This document shows, in pieces, positions 29,391 through 37,589 of a DNA stretch of 64,000 bases. Both the position numbers and the translations under genes were made by a program. The notes beneath the pieces were generated by a model, which saw only the letters and a program-made list of their open reading frames with translations, did no database searches and had not been told where the DNA came from. Source of the stretch: a bacterium (GTDB taxonomy: Bacteria; Zhuqueibacterota; Zhuqueibacteria; Residuimicrobiales; Krinioviventaceae); the NCBI GenBank assembly GCA_963675755.2, contig CAXXMD010000003.1, positions 2,240,001 through 2,304,000 on the forward strand, written 5' to 3'. How positions within the stretch are numbered: the first letter of the stretch is position 1; every line of letters begins with the position of its first letter.

Positions 29391-31766
29391 ATGGATTTGA
29401 GAAAAACATCCCCACATTTGATTATTTTTTTTCTTTTATTAAATTCTATAGAGATTTTTGGTTTACCCGCAAGACGCCAGGTCATTAATTTTGATTTTGA
29501 CTGGAAGTTTAACCTGGGTGATATTACCGGTGCGTCAAAAGAAAAATTCAAAGATGCAGAATGGCGCCAGCTTGATTTACCCCACGATTGGAGTATTGAG
29601 CAGGAATTTGATGAGAACTTGCAAAACGGGCGGCGAAATGCCTGGCTGTCTGGTGGTGTTGGCTGGTATCGGAAACATTTCGAGTTAAAGGATATTCAGG
29701 ACAAGCAGGTGTACATCCAGTTTGATGGTGTGTATCATCAAAGCGATGTTTATATTAATGGAAAACGATTGGGTTTCCGTCCTTATGGATATGTCAGCTT
29801 TTTGTACGATCTTACACCACATCTCAAAAAAGGTGAAAATGTAATCGCCGTTCGTGTAGACCATTCGAATGCACCCTCTTCCCGGTGGTATTCCGGTTCA
29901 GGTATTTACCGGCATGTAAAGTTGATAATCACTTCTCCTATGCATGTAGAGCCCTGGGGCACCTATGTTACAACGGACAAGATTTCTAAAGAATCCGCAC
30001 ATGTGGATATCCATACCACTGTGATTAACAAGAATATTACCGCGCGTGACTGTCATTTGGAAACCGTCATCAAAGACAGTCAGGGCAAAGTTGCCGCAAA
30101 AGTCTCGAATGTTTTCAATATTGTTTCCGGCGGTACACACACATTTGATCAACAACTGACTATTCAAAATCCCCGTTTATGGTCCATAGATTCTCCCGAG
30201 TTGTATACCGCAGAGAGCAATGTGTACAAGGATCAGGATCTTGTAGATACGTATATTACAACCTTTGGTGTACGAGATATCCGTTTTGACGCACAAAAGG
30301 GGTTCTTTATAAATGACAAAAATGTATTGTTGAAAGGTATGAACCTGCATCAAGATGCCGGGTGTGTAGGTACTGCTGTACCTGACCGGGTTTGGGAGCG
30401 TCGACTCGAAAAGGTCAAATCCCTGGGCTGTAACGCTATCCGCATGAGTCATAATCCCCCTGCGCCAGAGATTTTGGACATGTGCGACCGCATGGGATTT
30501 ATCGTGATCGATGAAGCATTCGACAAGTGGAAATCCATGTATTATGAATCATACTTTGATGACTGGTGGCAGGCGGATGTGGAAGCCATGCTGAAACGCG
30601 ACCGGAACCATCCCTCTATTGTGCTATGGAGTGTAGGCAATGAGGTGAGCGAGGCCTCAAAACCGGAAGGTGTCAAAAGATTGAAAATGTTGGTGGATTT
30701 TGTGCACAAATACGAACCTTCCCGTCTGGTGACTTGTGTAGTACAACCCAGTCGTGCTGATGATATGAATCCCAGTGGATTTGCAGAGGCCATGGATGTG
30801 GTGGGCTATAATTATATGGAGCCCTGGTACAAAAAGCACAAGGCCGAGTATCCCAAACGGATTATGTTTGGAGCAGAGTGCTATCCTTTTTATCGCGGCA
30901 GAGAATACCAGTACAAGGCGTTTGTGCCTGATAATCCCTGGTACGATGCTGTGGAAAATGAATTTGTGTTTGGGTATTTCATGTGGGCGGGCATCGATTA
31001 TTTGGGTGAAAGCAGCGGATGGCCCAGCAAAGGATGGCCTACAGGCATCATCAATACCTGTGGTTATATAAAACCCAATGCCTGGTTCTTTAAAAGCCAA
31101 TGGAAGCCAGAAGAACCGCTGGTACGTATAACCGTCCAGTATGACGGATTGGATATGGACCACGGCAAGGCGCACTGGAGCTGGCCCAAGCTTGCAGAGC
31201 ATTGGACTTTTCCCGAACTTACCGGACAGGTGCTGCGCGTTGAAACTCCCACCAATTGTGAGACGGTTGAACTGCTTTTGAACGGATTCTCGTATGGTGA
31301 GAAAAAGACCTCGGATTATACAAATTCGACGGTGGTCTGGTATGTGCCCTATGCAAGTGGTACCTTGCAGGCTATTGGTCGTAATAAAGGTGAAATATCT
31401 GCTTCGCATGTGCTGGAATCCGCGGGTGATGTACAGCGTATACTTGTAAGCATTGACCGTAAAGAGTTAAAGGCGAACGGACAGGATGTAGCACATTTGA
31501 ATATTTCACTGGTGGATGCGGAAGGGCGTCTGGTTCCCAATGCGGACAGGCTGCTTACGCTCAAGATCAATGGCCCGGGACGCTTAATTGGCTTTGATAA
31601 TGGCGATCTGCGCAGTAATGAATCATACAAAGCGAATACACGCACCAGCTATTGGGGAAGGGCTTTGGCTATTGTACAGTCCCACAGGTCTCCGGGAAGA
31701 ATATCGGTTAACATCTCTGCAGAGGGTGTTGAGGATAAATCGGTTGTGATCCGGACAGAGGAGTAA
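29391..31766 (+). CDS. GH2 glycoside hydrolase (beta-galactosidase-like)
   Basis: LPHDWSIE, GWYRKHF, FDGVY, SRWYSGSGIYR, CNAIRMSHNP, RDRNHPSIVLWSVGNE, WAGIDYLGE. Confidence 0.95.
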   Translation: MDLRKTSPHLIIFFLLLNSIEIFGLPARRQVINFDFDWKFNLGDITGASKEKFKDAEWRQLDLPHDWSIEQEFDENLQNGRRNAWLSGGVGWYRKHFELKDIQDKQVYIQFDGVYHQSDVYINGKRLGFRPYGYVSFLYDLTPHLKKGENVIAVRVDHSNAPSSRWYSGSGIYRHVKLIITSPMHVEPWGTYVTTDKISKESAHVDIHTTVINKNITARDCHLETVIKDSQGKVAAKVSNVFNIVSGGTHTFDQQLTIQNPRLWSIDSPELYTAESNVYKDQDLVDTYITTFGVRDIRFDAQKGFFINDKNVLLKGMNLHQDAGCVGTAVPDRVWERRLEKVKSLGCNAIRMSHNPPAPEILDMCDRMGFIVIDEAFDKWKSMYYESYFDDWWQADVEAMLKRDRNHPSIVLWSVGNEVSEASKPEGVKRLKMLVDFVHKYEPSRLVTCVVQPSRADDMNPSGFAEAMDVVGYNYMEPWYKKHKAEYPKRIMFGAECYPFYRGREYQYKAFVPDNPWYDAVENEFVFGYFMWAGIDYLGESSGWPSKGWPTGIINTCGYIKPNAWFFKSQWKPEEPLVRITVQYDGLDMDHGKAHWSWPKLAEHWTFPELTGQVLRVETPTNCETVELLLNGFSYGEKKTSDYTNSTVVWYVPYASGTLQAIGRNKGEISASHVLESAGDVQRILVSIDRKELKANGQDVAHLNISLVDAEGRLVPNADRLLTLKINGPGRLIGFDNGDLRSNESYKANTRTSYWGRALAIVQSHRSPGRISVNISAEGVEDKSVVIRTEE

Positions 31767-31777
31767 GATTTTTGCAG

Positions 31778-32200
31778 GTAGTTATAAGTAATCAGTTGTC
31801 AGTATTCAGTTATCAGAAATGATTATCTCAGGAATTAACAAATGATCGTGAAAGATATTGTCTCTATCACGATCATTTTATTTATAAATGAACCACCCGC
31901 TTCGCTCGATGAACACAGATAAACGCAGATGATTCAAAAAGCGTCATTCTGTATTATATAAATTAATTTACACTCGTTCCAGGGCTCCGGCCTGGCCTTG
32001 GAACGATATAATGTGATATATTGAACCACGAAGAAAAGAAGAACACGAAGGGGGCACGAGTCCGTCTGCGACGGACAAAGGGCATAAATTTCGTTCTACA
32101 ATTACAATCATAGCACCGCGCCGGCCTTTCAATACGTCTGCCTTTGCAGACACGGTTCCTGAGCTTGTACTGAGTTTATCAAAGGGCTTGTCGAAGGGCA
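31778..32200. repeat. Mosaic of short intergenic repeats and palindromes
   Basis: About six 7-mer units at 31778-819 (core TCAGTTG TCAGTAT TCAGTTA TCAGAAA); 39-nt module at 32059-97; CCTGAGCTTGT...CTTGTCGAAGG at about 32158-98. Confidence 0.7.
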
Positions 32201-32256
32201 GGGATCGACTTTATTCTTTGCGGTACATTGATTTCTATATTAGTATTTTTACGCAT

Positions 32257-32868
32257 CTATGGTATTCTGACCATGACCCAAACCTGCTGTTTTTGTTTGG
32301 GGATTACTTTATCACTCACAATGTTGAAACCATATTTTTCATAAAATAATGTGTTTTTACTATTATGTGTTTCCAGATAACAGCATGTTTGGTTTTCACT
32401 GGCTTTATCGAGTACAGGTTTCAAGAGTTTACCACCGATTCCTTTGCCCTGACATGCAGGATCAACACCAATTGCCCATAAATACCAATGTTTCTCTTTA
32501 ACCGCATGCTTGTGGTTGCTTTCAATATATCGCATGTTTTCAAAAAAACGCTTTAATTCTGAAAAATTGAGAATTGTGAAAATTTCGTACATTCTTGTTT
32601 TAAACATCCGCCCAAAAGTCATCGATTCGTGGCCGGGAGGCAGCCAACAGGCGACCCCTTCCAAATTGGGTGTTGTATAGATCATTCCATATAAAAAACT
32701 ATAATTTACTACAGTTTTCATACTCCAGTATACAAAATCATATCTTTTATTTTCATTTGGTACGACAAATGACATCATGGGATCATTAAGAAAGGCTTCG
32801 GTAAGTAAATGGACTGCCGCTTGTTTATGATCAATTGAAAGGGAAACCGTTTGGGACAAGGTTGACAC
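32257..32868 (-). CDS. GNAT-family N-acetyltransferase
   Basis: AFLNDPMM, WLPPG, HWYLWAIGVDPACQGKGIGGKLL, YLET, NTLFYEKYGF; GTG start. Confidence 0.92.
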   Translation of the reverse strand: MSTLSQTVSLSIDHKQAAVHLLTEAFLNDPMMSFVVPNENKRYDFVYWSMKTVVNYSFLYGMIYTTPNLEGVACWLPPGHESMTFGRMFKTRMYEIFTILNFSELKRFFENMRYIESNHKHAVKEKHWYLWAIGVDPACQGKGIGGKLLKPVLDKASENQTCCYLETHNSKNTLFYEKYGFNIVSDKVIPKQKQQVWVMVRIP

Positions 32869-32892
32869 GTGAGCCCCTAAATTTAAACCAAG

Positions 32893-33495
32893 TTATATTG
32901 AGCGTAAACACGCCCGTACCGCATAGAATCCCCGTAACAGGCAGAGGATAACGGTAAAGTAGAGCAGGCTGTTAAAAGATACCATAAGCCAGTTGAATTG
33001 TGCGAGGTGAAAACTCCATATGCCAATGCCTACAGTGAATAATATGGCCTTGGCAACCGCATAGGTTGTGCGACTAAGAGGAGAGGCCACAAACCACCAT
33101 CCGGTTTTGGAATCCATCATGGAAAAGGTTGAATGACCTTTTGAAATGGCGGCACTGCGGAACGCATCCGTAATAAATCCACGCACCAGAATAACAATGG
33201 GAATCCATAAAGGGATAACGTTCAAATAAGCCAGTAATACCCACAACACGTTTTCAACAATGCGATCCCCGGCAATGTCCAGAATGCCGCCCACCTTTGT
33301 GGCGCAATTCAACTTGCGCGCCAGCATTCCGTCAAGGCTGTCCATGTAAAAGATCACCGGTATCAATGCAAAGGCCGCTATCCGTATCCATTGTTCATTG
33401 AACTGGAGCGCAAATACCAACGCAATGAGCATTATGATTCGGGTAAAGGTGACCAGATTGGCCGGTGTGGATAGAGTTTTAAGTGTTTCGCGCAT
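32893..33495 (-). CDS. CDP-alcohol phosphatidyltransferase family protein
   Basis: PANLVTFTR; signature DSLDGMLARK...GGILDIAGDR. Confidence 0.93.
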   Translation of the reverse strand: MRETLKTLSTPANLVTFTRIIMLIALVFALQFNEQWIRIAAFALIPVIFYMDSLDGMLARKLNCATKVGGILDIAGDRIVENVLWVLLAYLNVIPLWIPIVILVRGFITDAFRSAAISKGHSTFSMMDSKTGWWFVASPLSRTTYAVAKAILFTVGIGIWSFHLAQFNWLMVSFNSLLYFTVILCLLRGFYAVRACLRSI

Positions 33496-34154
33496 TATAC
33501 CGCAATCCCGAGTCTGCCAAAGCCGGAAATAACGGAAAACAAAGCGCTGGAAGGATGACCGCTTGCAACAGTTTCCCGATTAAGTATGGCTTTTTTCAGA
33601 TCTTCAGTGGTTTTGCCCATGAATTCGGTATAAACGTTTCCCACTTCAAAGGGGGTATGTGCATCGCTGCCTGCTGTGATGGGTGTGTTCAAGCGTTCCG
33701 CGAGTCCGGCAGCCATTTCATTTTCACGCAGTTTATAGGTCCGTCCATTACGGGTTTCGATAGCCAAATTCTCCCAGGAATCGATCTCAGTGTAGGCCAG
33801 AAATTCGTGACGTCTTTCGGAAAACGGATGTGCAATAGAAGCAATACCGTTTTGTTGGCGTATCTCCTGCAAAACGCCCGCAACATCATGACTCTTTACG
33901 GGTTGTTCCAAAAACAGTCCCAGAATTTCACCCATACAGCGTTTATTGTAATATATTTTAATTTCCTGTCCGTAAACGAGTTGAACAGGGAATTTGTGTG
34001 CAAGGTCTTTGAACGCCTGCCATCCGGCAGTGGTGTCGTGATCGGTAATAGCCAGGACACTGATTCCACGATCGGCAGCGGCAGCAAGAATGGATTCCGG
34101 TCTTGCAATGGAATCATGAGAATAAATGGAATGTGTATGTAAATCTGCTTTCAA
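33495..34154 (-). CDS. PHP-domain phosphoesterase
   Basis: DLHTHS, AITDHD, GQE, AHPF, GSDAH; TTG start with SD GGAG; stop overlaps the next start (TAATG). Confidence 0.92.
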   Translation of the reverse strand: MKADLHTHSIYSHDSIARPESILAAAADRGISVLAITDHDTTAGWQAFKDLAHKFPVQLVYGQEIKIYYNKRCMGEILGLFLEQPVKSHDVAGVLQEIRQQNGIASIAHPFSERRHEFLAYTEIDSWENLAIETRNGRTYKLRENEMAAGLAERLNTPITAGSDAHTPFEVGNVYTEFMGKTTEDLKKAILNRETVASGHPSSALFSVISGFGRLGIAV

Positions 34155-34191
34155 TTTTCAGCTCCTGTATTATAAGTTCTGCTATTGTTAA

Positions 34192-34207
34192 TACAAAAGC
34201 TGTACCA
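34192..34207 (-). promoter_or_regulatory. Sigma54-type -24/-12 element of the PHP operon
   Basis: TGGTACAGCTTTTGTA, GG-N10-GT spacing. Confidence 0.6.
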
Positions 34208-34301
34208 AAGATTAAGATGATGTTGTGAGTGCGGTAAGGTTCTGTTAATATGTGCTTTAAGCTGTGTTGTGGTGGTAAGGTGGAAAAGAGGGATATCAAA
34301 C

Positions 34302-34347
34302 AAACTGCCCCTGAATACTTGCACTTGCATGCAATCAGGGGCAGTTT
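34302..34347 (-). terminator. Probable terminator hairpin after the GWxTD gene
   Basis: 13-bp AAACTGCCCCTGA/TCAGGGGCAGTTT stem immediately after the stop; weak U-tail. Confidence 0.55.
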
Positions 34348-34351
34348 ACTA

Positions 34352-35638
34352 TTATTCTATTTTAATCAAGCGGTACGTACCGTTATTATCGCGATCTGTA
34401 AAAACATAGCTGCGGTCTATGGTAGCATAGTACCAAATCTCTACTCCCGGAGTATTGATAGAGGCTTGCTGACGTTCAACCTGTGTTGGGGGGCCGTATT
34501 TGATATATACACGTCCACGGTCTGTACTCCAACCGCCTTTACCGGGATAGCTTTCAATAAAATTCTGGTTGCAAAAGTTGACCCTTGCAAGAAATTCTTC
34601 TTTCAACTCGTTTTCCGGAGTTTCAGGGGTAGGGTCACGTTCATCCCAGAATCTGTCAAACATTTCTTGTTTTTTGTTTTCATCTGCTTCATTCAGCTTT
34701 TCTATAGTCTTGCGGTTTGCAACTATTTTAAGCTGTTCAATAGCAAGATCAACATTGTTTTCCTGCATGGGAACTTTGCCCCATTGCACGGTAAAGTGTT
34801 TTTGGGTTTTAAACTTTTGCTCACCGGAACTGGCCTGCAATTCAATTTCATAAAGATCTGGTTTGGTTATCATGTCTTTGAAATTGATAACATAAGGAAT
34901 CATGTCCTCCTGTGCTACCAGAGTGGTATCAAGACTTTTGATTTTGTAACCATTGTCATTGTGGATCTGGTATGACAACTGAATCGCTTCTTTGTTAGCG
35001 TTGGGATAAATATAAAAGAACGCTGAAAAGACAGAATTCAATTCAGAAAAAGCCAGGTTGATGTTTGGTTCAAATGCATACGGAAGAGAACCGGTTTCGA
35101 GTTTATCTGCAAATACAATATCACTGGCATGCAGGCGTCCGTCTGTAAATGTACGCAGTTGGATTCGGGTTTCGGGCACCAACAGTGAGGGAACATCGTT
35201 TTCAATAACAGTGACTTTGTAATAATACTCTCCCGGAGGCAGAGATACCTGCAAATTTCCCATGATGGGATTTCTACGCGAGTTGGTATCTGCAAAATAG
35301 GGAACAATTACTTCATCACTTGCAGACTGTTCTGTTACTGCCCTTTTATCTGAATCATATATCACCAGATTGAGCTCATAACGGGCTTTATATTGATCAT
35401 CATCCGTTTTAATAAATGTCAGTAAATCATTGACAAAAGAATAATGAAAATCCAGCAAACTGTTTTCACCATCTTTGAAATTATAAATCGCATGCTGGAA
35501 CAACAAACTACCGAACTGATTGCGCATACCAAACCGACCCTGTCCGCCTCCAAATCCCTGCGGCAACAATGGTGTTGTGAAACAGAATAGCATAAAAACG
35601 GTCAGAGTTGTTTTCAAATTTCTGTTCATTTTTTTCAT
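34352..35638 (-). CDS. GWxTD domain-containing exported protein
   Basis: Signal peptide; FWDERDPTP.T.ENEL.EEF..RV, GWSTDRGRVYIKYGPP, EIWYY. Confidence 0.93.
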   Translation of the reverse strand: MKKMNRNLKTTLTVFMLFCFTTPLLPQGFGGGQGRFGMRNQFGSLLFQHAIYNFKDGENSLLDFHYSFVNDLLTFIKTDDDQYKARYELNLVIYDSDKRAVTEQSASDEVIVPYFADTNSRRNPIMGNLQVSLPPGEYYYKVTVIENDVPSLLVPETRIQLRTFTDGRLHASDIVFADKLETGSLPYAFEPNINLAFSELNSVFSAFFYIYPNANKEAIQLSYQIHNDNGYKIKSLDTTLVAQEDMIPYVINFKDMITKPDLYEIELQASSGEQKFKTQKHFTVQWGKVPMQENNVDLAIEQLKIVANRKTIEKLNEADENKKQEMFDRFWDERDPTPETPENELKEEFLARVNFCNQNFIESYPGKGGWSTDRGRVYIKYGPPTQVERQQASINTPGVEIWYYATIDRSYVFTDRDNNGTYRLIKIE

Positions 35639-35689
35639 AGGTTTTGCCTGATTAATTCTAGAGTCAAATTATTATATTACTATATATAA

Positions 35690-35716
35690 TACAATTTATT
35701 GCTAAACAAGGTTCCC
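35690..35716 (-). promoter_or_regulatory. ECF-type promoter candidate upstream of the GWxTD gene
   Basis: GGGAAC-N18-GTA. Confidence 0.45.
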
Positions 35717-35724
35717 AATGATGT

Positions 35725-37572
35725 TTATTTCAAAACCTCGAGAACGTTAATTGCGGTAGCATATTTATCTTTTGTAAATGGTGGCATTAAATAAATACCA
35801 TGAATTCGGTCCATCTCTTTAACTTTAAGGATGGCCTGTTGTGCAATTTCAATACCCAGTACCTTGGCTTCTTCCTGATCTTTGGCCTTTGCCATAATGT
35901 TTGCAATGCTGTCAGGTACAAACACACCGGGAACTTCATTGTTAAGGAACTCTATGGTTCTATATGTAATAAGCGGCATTATACCAGCCATTATTGGCAG
36001 CTTGATCGATTCAGTTCGTTTTAAGAACGTTTCCAGCTTTTTAATGTCAAATACTGGTTGGGTAAGAATATACTCGGCGCCGCTTTCAACTTTTTGATGC
36101 AGTCTTTCAATTTCATGGTCAAGATCAATGGCTCCGGGGTCTGCACCAACACCAACATGCCAACCGGTTGGAGCACCAATTGCATTACCGGCAATGTCAA
36201 CGCCCTGGTTCAATCCTTTTACCACACGGGTTAATCCAATAGAATCCACATCAAAAACTGCTGTAGCATCGGGATAGTCACCCAGCTTGGGTGGATCACC
36301 GGTAATTACGAGAACATTACGGAGCCCCATTGCGTATGCTCCCAAAAGATCAGACTGCATACCCAGCAGGTTGCGATCACGACAGCAATAATGAAGTATT
36401 GTATCTACTTCCAGCTCTCTTTCAATGATTACTGCCATTGCCAGGGGAGACATGCGTGCAGAAGCACGGGGGCCATCCGGAATATTGATAGCGTCTACAC
36501 CAAAGTCTACCAGTTTTTTTACACCTTTTAATACACCCTCTGTACTAACACCTCTGGGAGATAAAACTTCAACTGAAACGCTGAATTTCTCCTGCATATT
36601 TTTAGCCAGGGTAGATTTCTCTTTGGTAGGAATTTCTACAACAGTTACTTCTTTTTTTACACTGGTTACCATAGATGAAACATTTTTTTGCGGTTGTAAC
36701 GCTCTTACGGCATTGGCAATAGCTTTAATGTGTTCCGGGGTTGTACCGCAACAACCACCGACAATGTTGGCTCCGGATTCTATAAAGCGTTTGGCAAATT
36801 CAGCATGATATTCCGGTGTAGACATGTAGAGGAATCTGCCTTCATGCATTCTGGGATTTCCCGCGTTGGGCATGGCGGAAATATATTTTGCTCCGGCTGC
36901 TTGAAACTGATCAATGACGCGCTGCATGGGTTGTGGCCCAACAGAACAGTTGGCGCCTACAACATCCGCGCCTTCTTCTTTTGCAATTTTAACCAGAACA
37001 TCAGGGGATGCACCCAGTGGGGTACGACTGTGTTCATCAAAGGTTGCCTGCGCAATGATTGGCAAATCACTTAATGCTTTTACTGCGCGAAGCGCAATGG
37101 TCAACTCTTCCAGGTCCTGAAAGGTTTCCAGTATAAAAAGATCAACACCGCCTGCCAACAGGCCTTCAACCTGTCTCTTGAATGCATTCAGTGCCTGTTC
37201 TTTGTTTGCTTTACCCAACGGTTTAAGGGGAATGCCCAGGGTACCAAGTGAACCTGCAACATAGAGTTTGTCATCTGCTGCTTCCCGGGCCAGTTCTGCG
37301 CCTTTTTTGTTGATTTCATATACCTGACCTTCAAATCCATGTGGGCGCAGTTTGAATTCGTTGGCACCAAAAGTATTGGTTTCTAAAATATCCGCATGTG
37401 CGTTAACATATTGACGGTGTATCTCTGATATAATATCCGGTGCTGACAAATTGAGTTCGTCAAAACATCGGTTGATAAAAATGCCATGGGAATAGATCAT
37501 GGTCCCCATGGCACCGTCGCCTATTAATATAGAGTTTTCAAGTTTTGTTAAAAATGGTGTCTTGTTCGACAA
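35725..37572 (-). CDS. yitJ: Bifunctional homocysteine S-methyltransferase / 5,10-methylenetetrahydrofolate reductase
   Basis: DGAMGT, ETNTFGAN, GANCSVGP, GGCCGTTPEHI; then NIPDGPRASARM, CRDRN, ITGDPP, TQPVFD. TTG start at 37572 with SD AAGGAG. Confidence 0.93.
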   Translation of the reverse strand: MSNKTPFLTKLENSILIGDGAMGTMIYSHGIFINRCFDELNLSAPDIISEIHRQYVNAHADILETNTFGANEFKLRPHGFEGQVYEINKKGAELAREAADDKLYVAGSLGTLGIPLKPLGKANKEQALNAFKRQVEGLLAGGVDLFILETFQDLEELTIALRAVKALSDLPIIAQATFDEHSRTPLGASPDVLVKIAKEEGADVVGANCSVGPQPMQRVIDQFQAAGAKYISAMPNAGNPRMHEGRFLYMSTPEYHAEFAKRFIESGANIVGGCCGTTPEHIKAIANAVRALQPQKNVSSMVTSVKKEVTVVEIPTKEKSTLAKNMQEKFSVSVEVLSPRGVSTEGVLKGVKKLVDFGVDAINIPDGPRASARMSPLAMAVIIERELEVDTILHYCCRDRNLLGMQSDLLGAYAMGLRNVLVITGDPPKLGDYPDATAVFDVDSIGLTRVVKGLNQGVDIAGNAIGAPTGWHVGVGADPGAIDLDHEIERLHQKVESGAEYILTQPVFDIKKLETFLKRTESIKLPIMAGIMPLITYRTIEFLNNEVPGVFVPDSIANIMAKAKDQEEAKVLGIEIAQQAILKVKEMDRIHGIYLMPPFTKDKYATAINVLEVLK

Positions 37573-37589
37573 TCGTGCTCCTTTCTTTT

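Noticed and set aside
30657-34975. Long antisense ORFs (30657-31409, 33483-34142, 34250-34975; likewise 13447-14013, 28300-28809, 41254-41745, 56406-56948)
   Set aside because: They shadow well-supported genes on the opposite strand and carry no recognisable motifs.
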